From a bacterium (lineage in GTDB: Bacteria > UBA10199 > 2-02-FULL-44-16 > JAAZCA01): a stretch of DNA of 64,000 nucleotides. The position numbers were made by a program, and so were the translations under genes. The notes beneath the pieces were generated by a model. That model made no database searches. It had not been told where the DNA came from and was given only the letters and a program-made list of their open reading frames with translations. Positions 19,580 through 28,020 of this stretch are shown piece by piece. Location: assembly GCA_963674695.2 (NCBI GenBank), contig CAXXGI010000003.1, forward strand, positions 1,027,658-1,091,657, in the 5' to 3' direction. The stretch's first letter is position 1; each line of letters starts with the position of its first letter.

Positions 19580-19668
19580 CGTAACTCGTAACTCGTGACT
19601 CGTAACTCGTAACTCGTAACTCGTGACTCGTAACTCGTGACTCGTGACTCGTGACTCGTAACTCGTAA
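19580..19668 (-). repeat. 7-bp tandem array CGT(A/G)ACT x12 directly before rnfB start
   Basis: 12 units plus partial, variable position only A/G. Confidence 0.95.
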
Positions 19669-19681
19669 AACCGAAGATCGT

Positions 19682-19759
19682 GTCGCCGCGAGGGGGAATC
19701 ATCTGCGTCTGGAACAAGCTTCATCTGTGAAGATGCAGATGATTCCCCCGGAAGGCGAC
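19682..19759 (+). repeat. Dispersed hairpin element family A, copy 2
   Basis: Same loop as copy 1 (GGAACAAGCTTCATCTGTGA); compensatory stem changes. Confidence 0.8.
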
Positions 19760-19770
19760 CTGGTCGCTTG

Positions 19771-20421
19771 TCATTCGTGTCCCAGGCCGGCAAAGCCCAT
19801 GAAGGCCAGCGCCATGAGCGCCGCACAGATAAAGGCAATCGGTGCTCCCTTGAGCGCCGGCGGAACATCCGTTCGGTCGAGCCGCTCACGGATGCCGCTC
19901 ATGAGGAGAATCACCAGCATAAAGCCAGCGCCCCCGCCGAACCCCTGCAACACGGTCTTGGCAAAGCTCTCGCCCGGATCGTGCAGCATGCCGAAATCTT
20001 TAATATTCAAAAGCGCCACGCCCATCACGGCGCAGTTGGTCGTAATCAGCGGCAAGTAAATCCCAAGCGCATCGTAGAGCGGCGGGACAACCTTCATGAG
20101 AAACATTTCGACGAGCTGCACGAGCGTCGCAATCACCAGGATGAAGACGACGGTCGTCAGGAACGTATAGTCGTGTGAGGCGACGTCGCCGCCGAACCAA
20201 CGAAAGAAGAGGTTCGACTCGGTCGGGGCGAGCAACCAGTGGTTGACCACCCACGTCACGGCGGAAGCCATGGTCATCACGAAGATGACCGCGGCGCCCA
20301 TACCGATCGACTGGCTGATCCGCTTCGAGACACCGATGAACGGGCACAAGCCCAAAAACTTCGCGAGGACGAAGTTATTGACCAGGACGATCGAGATAAA
20401 GAGAAGGATGTAGTCGCTCAT
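19771..20421 (-). CDS. rnfA: Rnf complex subunit A
   Basis: NNFVLAKFLGLCPFIGVS, LPLITTNCAV. Confidence 0.95.
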   Translation of the reverse strand: MSDYILLFISIVLVNNFVLAKFLGLCPFIGVSKRISQSIGMGAAVIFVMTMASAVTWVVNHWLLAPTESNLFFRWFGGDVASHDYTFLTTVVFILVIATLVQLVEMFLMKVVPPLYDALGIYLPLITTNCAVMGVALLNIKDFGMLHDPGESFAKTVLQGFGGGAGFMLVILLMSGIRERLDRTDVPPALKGAPIAFICAALMALAFMGFAGLGHE

Positions 20422-20426
20422 ATGTT

Positions 20427-20560
20427 CGTTAGATCGTGAGATAGCTAAATAGCTTGATCGCTTAATCGTTCGTGAGATCGTGAGATCGCTAAATGGTGAG
20501 ATGGCTAAAACCTATTTATGATCGAGCTATCTCACGATTGAGCCATTCAGCTATTCAGCC
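20427..20560 (-). repeat. Inverted 8-bp junction array between rnfE and rnfA
   Basis: + strand (CGTGAGAT/AGCTAAAT-type) x10 then reverse-complement units (ATCTCACG/ATTCAGCT) x5 containing the rnfE stop. Confidence 0.8.
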
Positions 20561-21192
20561 AGCAGTGCCAATGACTTGACGCGCTGCGCCTCCTGCTTGC
20601 GTGTGCGCCACCAGTTGATGAATCCGATGATCAGCCCGATCACGACGAACGCGCCCGGTGCCATCACCATGACCGCCGCGGGTTCAATGGTTCCGCCTGG
20701 GGAATAGAAGCTCCCGATCGTAATACCCCAAATCCGCCCGGAGCCGGTCACCTCTCGAATGAACGAGATGATGAGCAGCGCTATCGTAAATCCCGCGCCC
20801 ATGCCGAGGGCATCGAGAATCGATGGCAAAAACCGATTGCGCGAAGCGAATGCCTCGGCGCGCCCCAAAATGATGCAGTTGACGACGATGAGCGGGATGA
20901 AGATGCCCAGCGAATCACCCAGCGCGGGGAGATAGGCCGCCATCACCATCTCGACGATCGAAACAAATGTCGCAATCACGACGATAAAACAGGGGATGCG
21001 AATCTTCGAGGGGATGAAGCGATTGGTGAGCGAAATGATGCTGTTCGATCCCAACAGGACGAAGGTCGCCGCGACCCCCATGCCGACGGCATTTTGCAGC
21101 GAGACCGAAACGGCCAAAAAGGGACAGAGCCCCAGCATCAGGACGAAGATGGGATTTTCCCGGAAGAGGCCTTTTGCAAATTCACGCAGCAT
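20551..21192 (-). CDS. rnfE: Rnf complex subunit E
   Basis: NPIFVLMLGLCPFLAV, IPLIVVNCIILGRAEAFA, PGAF; start revised to MLREF. Confidence 0.95.
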   Translation of the reverse strand: MLREFAKGLFRENPIFVLMLGLCPFLAVSVSLQNAVGMGVAATFVLLGSNSIISLTNRFIPSKIRIPCFIVVIATFVSIVEMVMAAYLPALGDSLGIFIPLIVVNCIILGRAEAFASRNRFLPSILDALGMGAGFTIALLIISFIREVTGSGRIWGITIGSFYSPGGTIEPAAVMVMAPGAFVVIGLIIGFINWWRTRKQEAQRVKSLALLAE

Positions 21193-21276
21193 CGTTGTCC
21201 TGCTTCTTCTGTTCGAGGAGATGGACTGAAATTCCCCTGAATGAGGCATGCGGTATTACAGGAATGACGATGGATA

Positions 21277-22344
21277 TCAAGTACTTTCCGGGATTTTCGG
21301 GCCGGAACCAAACAGGTGCACGCGATCGGCCCAGTCCTTTGTGAACGTGAGCTTGGGCATGAGGTCAGGCGAAACCCAGACTTCCATGCCTGTTTCCGTC
21401 TGCTCGATGAGGACCGCCTCAAACCCCGAAAGCCGCTGCACGATTTCAACTCCCTTGTGCAACCCCAGGACCATCACCGCCGTGGCCAGCGCATCGGCAT
21501 CGGCGCCGTTGCCGCCCACGATCGTGGCGCTGAGCAGATGATTCGACACCGGCCGCCCCGTTCGCGGATCGATGATATGCGGATAGCGTTTCCCCTCGAT
21601 CTCGGAATAGCGACGATAGGTTCCAGAGGTGACCACCGCCCCCCCATCGATCGTGACCCGCGCGACGAGCGCATTCCCCTCCTGTGTCGGGTCCTGAATG
21701 CCGAAGGCAAACGACTCGCTGCCGAAGGCATAGGCATCGCCGCCAGCCTCGATCAACCCCCCCGCAACGCCGCGATCCTTGAGGACGGCTATCGCCGCAT
21801 CGACGATAAACCCCTTGGCGATCGCGCCGAAATCGAGCGACATCCCCTTGTGGGGCAAGAGGATCTTACCGCTGTTGCTCACAAGCACGTGTTTCATCCC
21901 GACGAGCTCTCGCGCCTGCGCAATGGCCACATCGGAGGGAAGCACCTGGGTCTTGGCCGCTTCTTTCCAGAGTTCGACGAGCGGTCCAATTGTCGGATCG
22001 AACGCCCCATCGCTCTCCGACGACCAGTGCCTCGAGAGCACGACCATGCGCTCCATCGTGGCACTCATGGCCATCGGCGCCCCGCCCGCATCGGCGTTGA
22101 TGCGGCTGATCTCACTCGTCTCGCGATGCCGATCGAAGACCTTCTCCAACTCGGCCACGCGCGCCTCGACCGCGCTCACATCCTCGTCGAACTCGAAGAG
22201 ATTGCGCCCATAGACCACGATCTTCGTGGGAATGCCCCCCATGGGATAGATCGTCGCATCATACCGCCGCGGCCGCAAAACGATGATCGCCGCCGCAATG
22301 ACAACGACCACCACGAGAATGATGAAGGTCTTGAGATGTTTCAT
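21277..22344 (-). CDS. apbE: FAD:protein FMN transferase
   Basis: GAFDPTIGPL, DFGAIAKG, VVTSG, HIIDPRTG, ADALAT; next to rnf genes. Confidence 0.92.
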   Translation of the reverse strand: MKHLKTFIILVVVVVIAAAIIVLRPRRYDATIYPMGGIPTKIVVYGRNLFEFDEDVSAVEARVAELEKVFDRHRETSEISRINADAGGAPMAMSATMERMVVLSRHWSSESDGAFDPTIGPLVELWKEAAKTQVLPSDVAIAQARELVGMKHVLVSNSGKILLPHKGMSLDFGAIAKGFIVDAAIAVLKDRGVAGGLIEAGGDAYAFGSESFAFGIQDPTQEGNALVARVTIDGGAVVTSGTYRRYSEIEGKRYPHIIDPRTGRPVSNHLLSATIVGGNGADADALATAVMVLGLHKGVEIVQRLSGFEAVLIEQTETGMEVWVSPDLMPKLTFTKDWADRVHLFGSGPKIPEST

Positions 22345-22360
22345 GATTCCTCCGAAAATC

Positions 22361-22414
22361 CGTGACTCGTGACTCGTGACTCGTGACTCGTAAGAACGTT
22401 TTCCCCGGGAGGCG
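22361..22414 (-). repeat. CGTGACT x4 array upstream of apbE, followed by a half copy of hairpin family A (CCCCGGGAGGCG)
   Basis: Seen directly. Confidence 0.75.
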
Positions 22415-22508
22415 GCCTTGAAATCGGTGACCCGTAAATCTCTCCTTGATCGATGATTGTCAACACACTATAGGGCGAGCCTCATTCAAACACAACGCGG
22501 GAGTACAT

Positions 22509-22898
22509 ATGCATGAGATGGCCATCGGAGAGACGATCCTCAAGGTAATCGACGAACAGGCACAGAAGAACCACTTCACGGTCGTGCGCAGCGCCACGCT
22601 CCGGCTCGGCCGGATGAACGCCTTCGAGCGCAAGAACCTCGAGCTCTGCCTGAAGACCTACAAGGAGGGCGTCTTCGCCCAGACCCGCTTCGACATCGAA
22701 GCCGTTCCGGTCGGCCTTGAGTGCCCTTCCTGCGCCCATCAGTATGAAGATGAACGCTTCGACGATTTCGACTTCGCCCACCGCACCGCCCACGCCCCGG
22801 GGCTCTATGTCCCCCCCGCCTGCCCCAAGTGCGGCACCAAAGGCGCCACGATCGTCTCCGGCCAGGAAATGGAACTGGTCTCGATCGAAGGGGAATAG
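22509..22898 (+). CDS. hypA: Hydrogenase nickel chaperone HypA
   Basis: MHE N-terminus, two CxxC, GQEM...IE. Confidence 0.9.
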   Translation: MHEMAIGETILKVIDEQAQKNHFTVVRSATLRLGRMNAFERKNLELCLKTYKEGVFAQTRFDIEAVPVGLECPSCAHQYEDERFDDFDFAHRTAHAPGLYVPPACPKCGTKGATIVSGQEMELVSIEGE

Positions 22899-22902
22899 TG
22901 CT

Positions 22903-22934
22903 GTTCGATGGTTCGATAGTTCGTCGGTTCGATG
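22903..22934 (+). repeat. 8-bp array GTTCGATG-type x4 after hypA stop
   Basis: GTTCGATG GTTCGATA GTTCGTCG GTTCGATG. Confidence 0.8.
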
Positions 22935-22947
22935 GTTTTCGTACCGT

Positions 22948-23147
22948 ATCGCTGCGCACGGGGAGGGGGTGTGTGCATGGCGACGTTATGACCGGAGCCG
23001 TATGACGAACAAAAAGAGCGACTGGGTTCGCGAATTGCGAGCCGAAAACGAAGGATCCGCAATTCGCGTTTTTGAACCCAGCGCTCTTTTCGTGAGGAAT
23101 AGGCGGAGGGAAGGCGCAGCACACACCCCCTCCCCGTGCGCAGCGAT
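22948..23147 (+). other. 200-nt structured element (family B), copy 1; ncRNA or MITE-like
   Basis: Perfect 29-bp terminal IR enclosing nested stems; same architecture at 63441-63640. Confidence 0.65.
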
Positions 23148-23297
23148 GCCGTGCAGGGCGTGCAAGCGGAGCGGACGCGCACAGATGAGGCCTGCCAACC
23201 GCTTGAATCTCTTGCTGATCTCCAACTCTTCCGCGGTAATTCACCAGCCGAGGAACACCTTGACAGATGCCGTGTTCGGCCCGTAGAGTCGCGCCCC

Positions 23298-25673
23298 ATG
23301 AGCATTTGCGGCCGAAACCAGATTGTTGTCACGGGCACCGTCCAGGGGGTCGGGTTTCGTCCGTTTATCGCGCGGACCGCAACGACACTTGGGCTCGCAG
23401 GCTTTGTGACCAACACCCCTGAGGGCGTGCAGATCGAGGTTCAGGGGCCACCTGAACGGCTGGAGGCATTCCTCGAAGCGCTGCGCCAATCGCCGCCGCC
23501 GCTGGCGCGCATCCAATCGATCGAGAGCAAATCGATTGCGATCCTCGACGAAGCGAGTTTCGTCATCGCCCCCAGCCGATCCGGAGCGGGGACCACCACG
23601 ATGATCTCGCCCGACATTGCCCCGTGCGCCGCCTGTGCCGCCGAACTGCTCGACCCGCAGGATCGACGCCATCGCTACCCCTTCATCAACTGCACCGATT
23701 GCGGCCCGCGCTATTCCATCATCCAGGGCCTGCCCTATGACCGCCCGCAGACGACCATGAAGCCCTTTGCGATGTGCGAGGCCTGCGCGACCGAATATGC
23801 CGACCCGACCGATCGTCGGTTTCACGCGCAGCCGGATGCGTGTGAGACGTGTGGACCGAAGATCTCCTTCGTGGTCTCGCAAGATCGTGGTCTCGTGGTC
23901 TCGCACGACCCCCTTCATGATACCATCGCAGCGCTCGACGAAGGAGCGATCGTTGCGATCAAGGGGGTGGGCGGTTTTCACCTGGCCTGTGATGCACAGA
24001 GCGATGCGGCTGTATGCGAACTGCGTCGCCGCAAACGGCGGGATGAGAAGCCCTTCGCCCTGATGGTGAAAGACCTCGATGCCGCACGCGCCATTTGTCA
24101 CGTCGATGAAACCGAGGCGCAACTGCTGACATCGCCCGAGCGACCGATTGTCCTGCTGCGCAAACGCGACGCCATCCCGGTCGCGCAATCGGTCGCGCCC
24201 GGCAACCAGAGACTCGGCGTCATGCTTCCCTCCTCCCCCCTGCATCACCTGCTTTTTCACGGGTCACGAGTTACGAGTTACGAGTCACGGATTTTCGTCA
24301 TGACCAGCGCCAACATCTCCGATGAGCCGATCGTTCACACCAACGATGAGGCGTGCAGCAAACTGGCCGACATCGCCGATGCGTTTCTCATGCACGACCG
24401 CGACATCCACGTCCGCATCGACGATTCGATCGCGCGCACGATGAATGGCCGTGCCCTCCTGATGCGTCGCGCACGCGGGTTCGTCCCCGCGCCCATACGG
24501 ATGAAACGCCCGATGCCGCCGATCCTCGCCACCGGCGCCGATCTCAAGGGGGCCATCTGCGTCACGCGCGGCCACAACGCGATCCTCTCGCAACACCTGG
24601 GCGACCTACAAAACGCCGAGGCCCATCGCGGATTCGAAGAAACGGTGGAGCACCTCACCACGCTCTTCGCGGTCCGTCCGGAGATCATCGCCTGCGACCT
24701 GCACCCCGATTATTTCAGCACCCGCTTCGCTGAAACGATCTCACGCTCTCTCGATCTTACGAAACCACGAGACCACGAGACCACGATCTCACGAGTACAA
24801 CACCACCACGCCCATATCGCCAGCTGCATGGCGGAGAACGATCTGCCCAACGAACCGGTCATCGGAATCGCGCTCGATGGCACCGGTTTTGGCACCGATG
24901 GCACCATCTGGGGGGGCGAGCTGCTCATCGCCGACTACGAGGGGTTCACCCGCGCAGCGCGTTTCAAACCCGTGCCGATGCCGGGCGGCGATGCCGCTGC
25001 ACGCGAACCCTGGCGCATGGCGCTGGCGTACCTTCGGACCACGGACCATGGACCATGGACCAAAAACCAAAACCTCTTCCCATCGGTTCCGCGGGAGAAG
25101 ATCGACCTCGTTCGACAGGTGCTCGAGAAACGCATCAACTGCCCGATGACGTCGAGCTGCGGACGACTTTTCGATGCGATAGCCGCGCTCATCGGCCTGC
25201 GCACCGTGAACACGTTCGAGGGACAGGCCGCCATGGAGCTGGAACAAATTGCCGCGGATCATTGTGATGAAGCATACCCGTATACGATTGAGACACGAGA
25301 CTCGAGACACGAGACTCGAGACCACCCCCCTCTTCAGATAGGCTTTGAGAGAATGATCGAGCAGATCGTCAATGACGCGGTCGCAGGCATATCGCCATCG
25401 ATCATCAGCGCCCGCTTCCACAACACCCTCATCGAGACCATCTCCGACGCTTGTCGCCGTATCCGTTCACGGTTCACGGTTCACGGTTCACGAGTGTGCC
25501 TCTCCGGCGGCTGTTTTCAAAACGCGTGCCTTGCGGAGGGACTCAAGAAAAAGCTTGTGGATCAAGGATTTACCGTCTATACGCATGCGCTCGTTCCGCC
25601 CAATGACGGCGGCATCGCCCTGGGCCAGACCATCGTCGCGGCCCACCGGGCAGAGAGGCAGCAACGACCATGA
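23298..25673 (+). CDS. hypF: Carbamoyltransferase HypF with six in-frame repeat-derived insertions
   Basis: GTVQGVGFRP, Zn fingers, KGVGGFHL, HHHAH, DGTGFG, SSCGRLFD, SGGCFQN, NDGGIALGQ; start revised. Confidence 0.95.
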   Translation: MSICGRNQIVVTGTVQGVGFRPFIARTATTLGLAGFVTNTPEGVQIEVQGPPERLEAFLEALRQSPPPLARIQSIESKSIAILDEASFVIAPSRSGAGTTTMISPDIAPCAACAAELLDPQDRRHRYPFINCTDCGPRYSIIQGLPYDRPQTTMKPFAMCEACATEYADPTDRRFHAQPDACETCGPKISFVVSQDRGLVVSHDPLHDTIAALDEGAIVAIKGVGGFHLACDAQSDAAVCELRRRKRRDEKPFALMVKDLDAARAICHVDETEAQLLTSPERPIVLLRKRDAIPVAQSVAPGNQRLGVMLPSSPLHHLLFHGSRVTSYESRIFVMTSANISDEPIVHTNDEACSKLADIADAFLMHDRDIHVRIDDSIARTMNGRALLMRRARGFVPAPIRMKRPMPPILATGADLKGAICVTRGHNAILSQHLGDLQNAEAHRGFEETVEHLTTLFAVRPEIIACDLHPDYFSTRFAETISRSLDLTKPRDHETTISRVQHHHAHIASCMAENDLPNEPVIGIALDGTGFGTDGTIWGGELLIADYEGFTRAARFKPVPMPGGDAAAREPWRMALAYLRTTDHGPWTKNQNLFPSVPREKIDLVRQVLEKRINCPMTSSCGRLFDAIAALIGLRTVNTFEGQAAMELEQIAADHCDEAYPYTIETRDSRHETRDHPPLQIGFERMIEQIVNDAVAGISPSIISARFHNTLIETISDACRRIRSRFTVHGSRVCLSGGCFQNACLAEGLKKKLVDQGFTVYTHALVPPNDGGIALGQTIVAAHRAERQQRP

Positions 25674-26143
25674 TACATCCCGGATTGATCATGCTGCTCA
25701 TCATCGCCATCACCCTCATCATTGCCCCCTACGCCATGGCCTGGCGATTGGGTCGGCTGGGAAGGGCGATGCAGAAGAACACACCGGTGGCGACCACTCC
25801 GGTTCGATTTCAGTCCTGGGTGACGGTGAAGGGAAACCGGGCGCTCACGCGGCAGAGCATCATCTGTCACATGATGCTTGTTGGAGAGACGCTTTCGTTC
25901 CGCCTCTTGTGGGGACCGCCCCGCACGCTACCACTGACCGCGTGCGTGCGCGCCGAAATCCTGACACGCGGCAAACGAGCGACGACCCTGCGCCTCGTCC
26001 CGCGCCATCCCGATGATCTCGACACGCTCACCATCTCCGGCATCATCGATCTCCCGAAACTGGGCGAAATACTTCAGGCGGCGAACATCGACGTACAGCA
26101 GATGGCCGACGACCGCGGCGCACTGGACCTCATTCGAAACTGA
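25670..26143 (+). CDS. Hypothetical protein with N-terminal TM helix
   Basis: ATGA overlap with hypF; hydrophobic N-terminus. Confidence 0.55.
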   Translation: MIHPGLIMLLIIAITLIIAPYAMAWRLGRLGRAMQKNTPVATTPVRFQSWVTVKGNRALTRQSIICHMMLVGETLSFRLLWGPPRTLPLTACVRAEILTRGKRATTLRLVPRHPDDLDTLTISGIIDLPKLGEILQAANIDVQQMADDRGALDLIRN

Positions 26144-26158
26144 AATTAGGAGTGAATT

Positions 26159-26389
26159 ATGTGCCTGGCCGTACCCATGCAGATCACTGAAATCTCCGGC
26201 GACACGGCAACCGTGAACGTCTCGGGACTGAGCCAGTCGGCAAACGTCTCGCTCATCGACACCCCTGCCATCGGCGATTACGTCCTCATCCATGCGGGAT
26301 TTGCCATCCAACGCATCGATGAAGACGAGGCGTTCAAGACGGCCGAGTTGCTCAATAAGATGGCCTCATTCGTAAACGGTGAACAGTAA
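26159..26389 (+). CDS. hypC: Hydrogenase assembly chaperone HypC
   Basis: MCLAVP, GDYVLIHAGFAI. Confidence 0.95.
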   Translation: MCLAVPMQITEISGDTATVNVSGLSQSANVSLIDTPAIGDYVLIHAGFAIQRIDEDEAFKTAELLNKMASFVNGEQ

Positions 26390-26455
26390 ACAGTTCACGG
26401 TTCACAGTTCACGGTTCACGGTTCACAGTTCACGGTTCACAGTTCACGGTTCACA
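26372..26455 (+). repeat. Inverted 7-bp junction array between hypC and hypD
   Basis: GTRAACR x3 (contains hypC stop) then GTTCACR x9 in the same register, ending 1 nt before ATG. Confidence 0.92.
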
Positions 26456-26456
26456 T

Positions 26457-27542
26457 ATGAAATACATCACCGAATATCGCGACCGCAATCACGCCAAGGC
26501 CCTGGTCGAAGCGATTGCGCGCGCGGCGAATGATCGTCCCATGACCTTCATGGAGGTCTGCGGCACGCACACGATGTCGCTCGGGCGCTTCGGCATCCGC
26601 GAATTGCTTCCGGAAAACATCCGGCTGATCTCGGGGCCGGGCTGCCCCGTATGCGTCACCCCCAACGCCTATCTCGACCATGCCATCGCGCTGGCGCGCC
26701 AGCCAAAGACGACCATCTGCACCTTCGGCGACATGATGCGCGTGCCCGGCTCCACCTCGAGCCTCGAAAAGGAGCGAAGCCAAGGGGCGGACATCCGTAT
26801 CGTCTTCTCGACGCTCGATGCGCTGGCCATTGCGCGCGAACATCCCGATCGACAGATCGTCTTCCTCGGCGTCGGATTCGAAACGACCGCCCCCACGGTC
26901 GCCACGGCGATCAAGACGGCCGCCAACGAGAGGATCCCCAACTTCTCCGTCCTGTGCGCGCACAAGCTGGTCATGCCGGCACTCGAAGCGCTGCTGGCCG
27001 GAGAGGTTCAGCTCGACGGTTTTCTCCTTCCGGGACATGTGAGCGCCATCATCGGCGCGAAGGCCTACCGTCCACTTCTCTCACGCCACCGTATCGCCGG
27101 CGCCATCGCCGGTTTTGAACCGACCGACATCCTCGAAGCCCTCTTCGAGCTGATTGGGCAGATCACCCATGACGATCCGAAGCTGACGACCGCATACGTG
27201 CGCGCCGTCACCGAGGAGGGCAACCAGCGCGCACGTGCCCTGATGGAGGAGATCTTCGAACCAACCGATGCCGAATGGCGCGGCCTGGGAACGATTCCCG
27301 CAAGTGGCCTAAACATCCGAAAACGTTATTCATCCTTCGATGCGGCAGAGCGTTTCACGATCGAAGTCGAACCGATGCGCGAACCGAAGGGGTGCCGCTG
27401 CGGCGAGATCCTGCAGGGCCGAATTGCGCCAACAGACTGCCCCCTCTTTGGAAAGAATTGCACGCCGACGCATCCGGTGGGTGCCTGCATGGTCTCCAGC
27501 GAAGGAACGTGTGCGGCGTATTATAAATACCGTGACGCGTAA
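26457..27542 (+). CDS. hypD: Hydrogenase maturation protein HypD
   Basis: MEVCGTHT, GPGCPVC, GFETT, PGHVS, CMVSSEGTC; start revised. Confidence 0.96.
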   Translation: MKYITEYRDRNHAKALVEAIARAANDRPMTFMEVCGTHTMSLGRFGIRELLPENIRLISGPGCPVCVTPNAYLDHAIALARQPKTTICTFGDMMRVPGSTSSLEKERSQGADIRIVFSTLDALAIAREHPDRQIVFLGVGFETTAPTVATAIKTAANERIPNFSVLCAHKLVMPALEALLAGEVQLDGFLLPGHVSAIIGAKAYRPLLSRHRIAGAIAGFEPTDILEALFELIGQITHDDPKLTTAYVRAVTEEGNQRARALMEEIFEPTDAEWRGLGTIPASGLNIRKRYSSFDAAERFTIEVEPMREPKGCRCGEILQGRIAPTDCPLFGKNCTPTHPVGACMVSSEGTCAAYYKYRDA

Positions 27543-27565
27543 CTCGTGACTCGTGACTCGTGACA
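27531..27565 (+). repeat. CGT(G/A)ACN x5 array containing the hypD stop
   Basis: CGTGACG CGTAACT CGTGACT CGTGACT CGTGACA. Confidence 0.85.
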
Positions 27566-27616
27566 TGAAAGGACGTAAATCACACGGGCGACAATCGAAA
27601 CATCAACCCTGCCATT

Positions 27617-27778
27617 TTACCGCCATAGCAGTAATTATAGCCATTCCCATCGACACATTCCCACTTTCCATCGAAAAATAGAAATATTTACTGCTGTAGC
27701 AGTATTTTATGTTGAACACCTCATACATAAGGCGTAGACTTACGATATACACAGATATTTTTACTGCTATCGCGGCAA
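27617..27778. promoter_or_regulatory. Three 18-bp palindromic operators upstream of the HipB-like gene
   Basis: TTACCGCCATAGCAGTAA (27617), TTACTGCTGTAGCAGTAT (27688), TTACTGCTATCGCGGCAA (27761). Confidence 0.6.
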
Positions 27779-27785
27779 AAAAGGA

Positions 27786-28019
27786 ATGATTATGGGTAGA
27801 TCTCTCGCACATCTCATACGGTCTCATCGGAAAAAGAGCGGTCTCACACAAGCCCAACTCGCAACGATGGCCGGGGTCGGCAAGACCGTCGTCTTTGATG
27901 TCGAACATGGCAAGAAGACGATCATATTCGCGACGATTCAGAAGATGCTCAAGGTCCTCAACATTCACCTCATCGCCCAGAGCCCGCTCGAGGGAAACGT
28001 CACCATTGAGGAGATCTGA
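27786..28019 (+). CDS. HipB-like Xre HTH antitoxin/regulator
   Basis: RKKSGLTQAQLATMAGVGKTVVFDVEHGK HTH. Confidence 0.85.
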   Translation: MIMGRSLAHLIRSHRKKSGLTQAQLATMAGVGKTVVFDVEHGKKTIIFATIQKMLKVLNIHLIAQSPLEGNVTIEEI

Positions 28020-28020
28020 C

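Noticed and set aside
19574-19717. Long N-terminal extensions of rnfB (also rnfD, hypD, tldD, pcrA, hypF) in the ORF track
   Set aside because: They run through repeats or hairpins and homology begins at the downstream ATG; kept only as a hypothesis in the findings.
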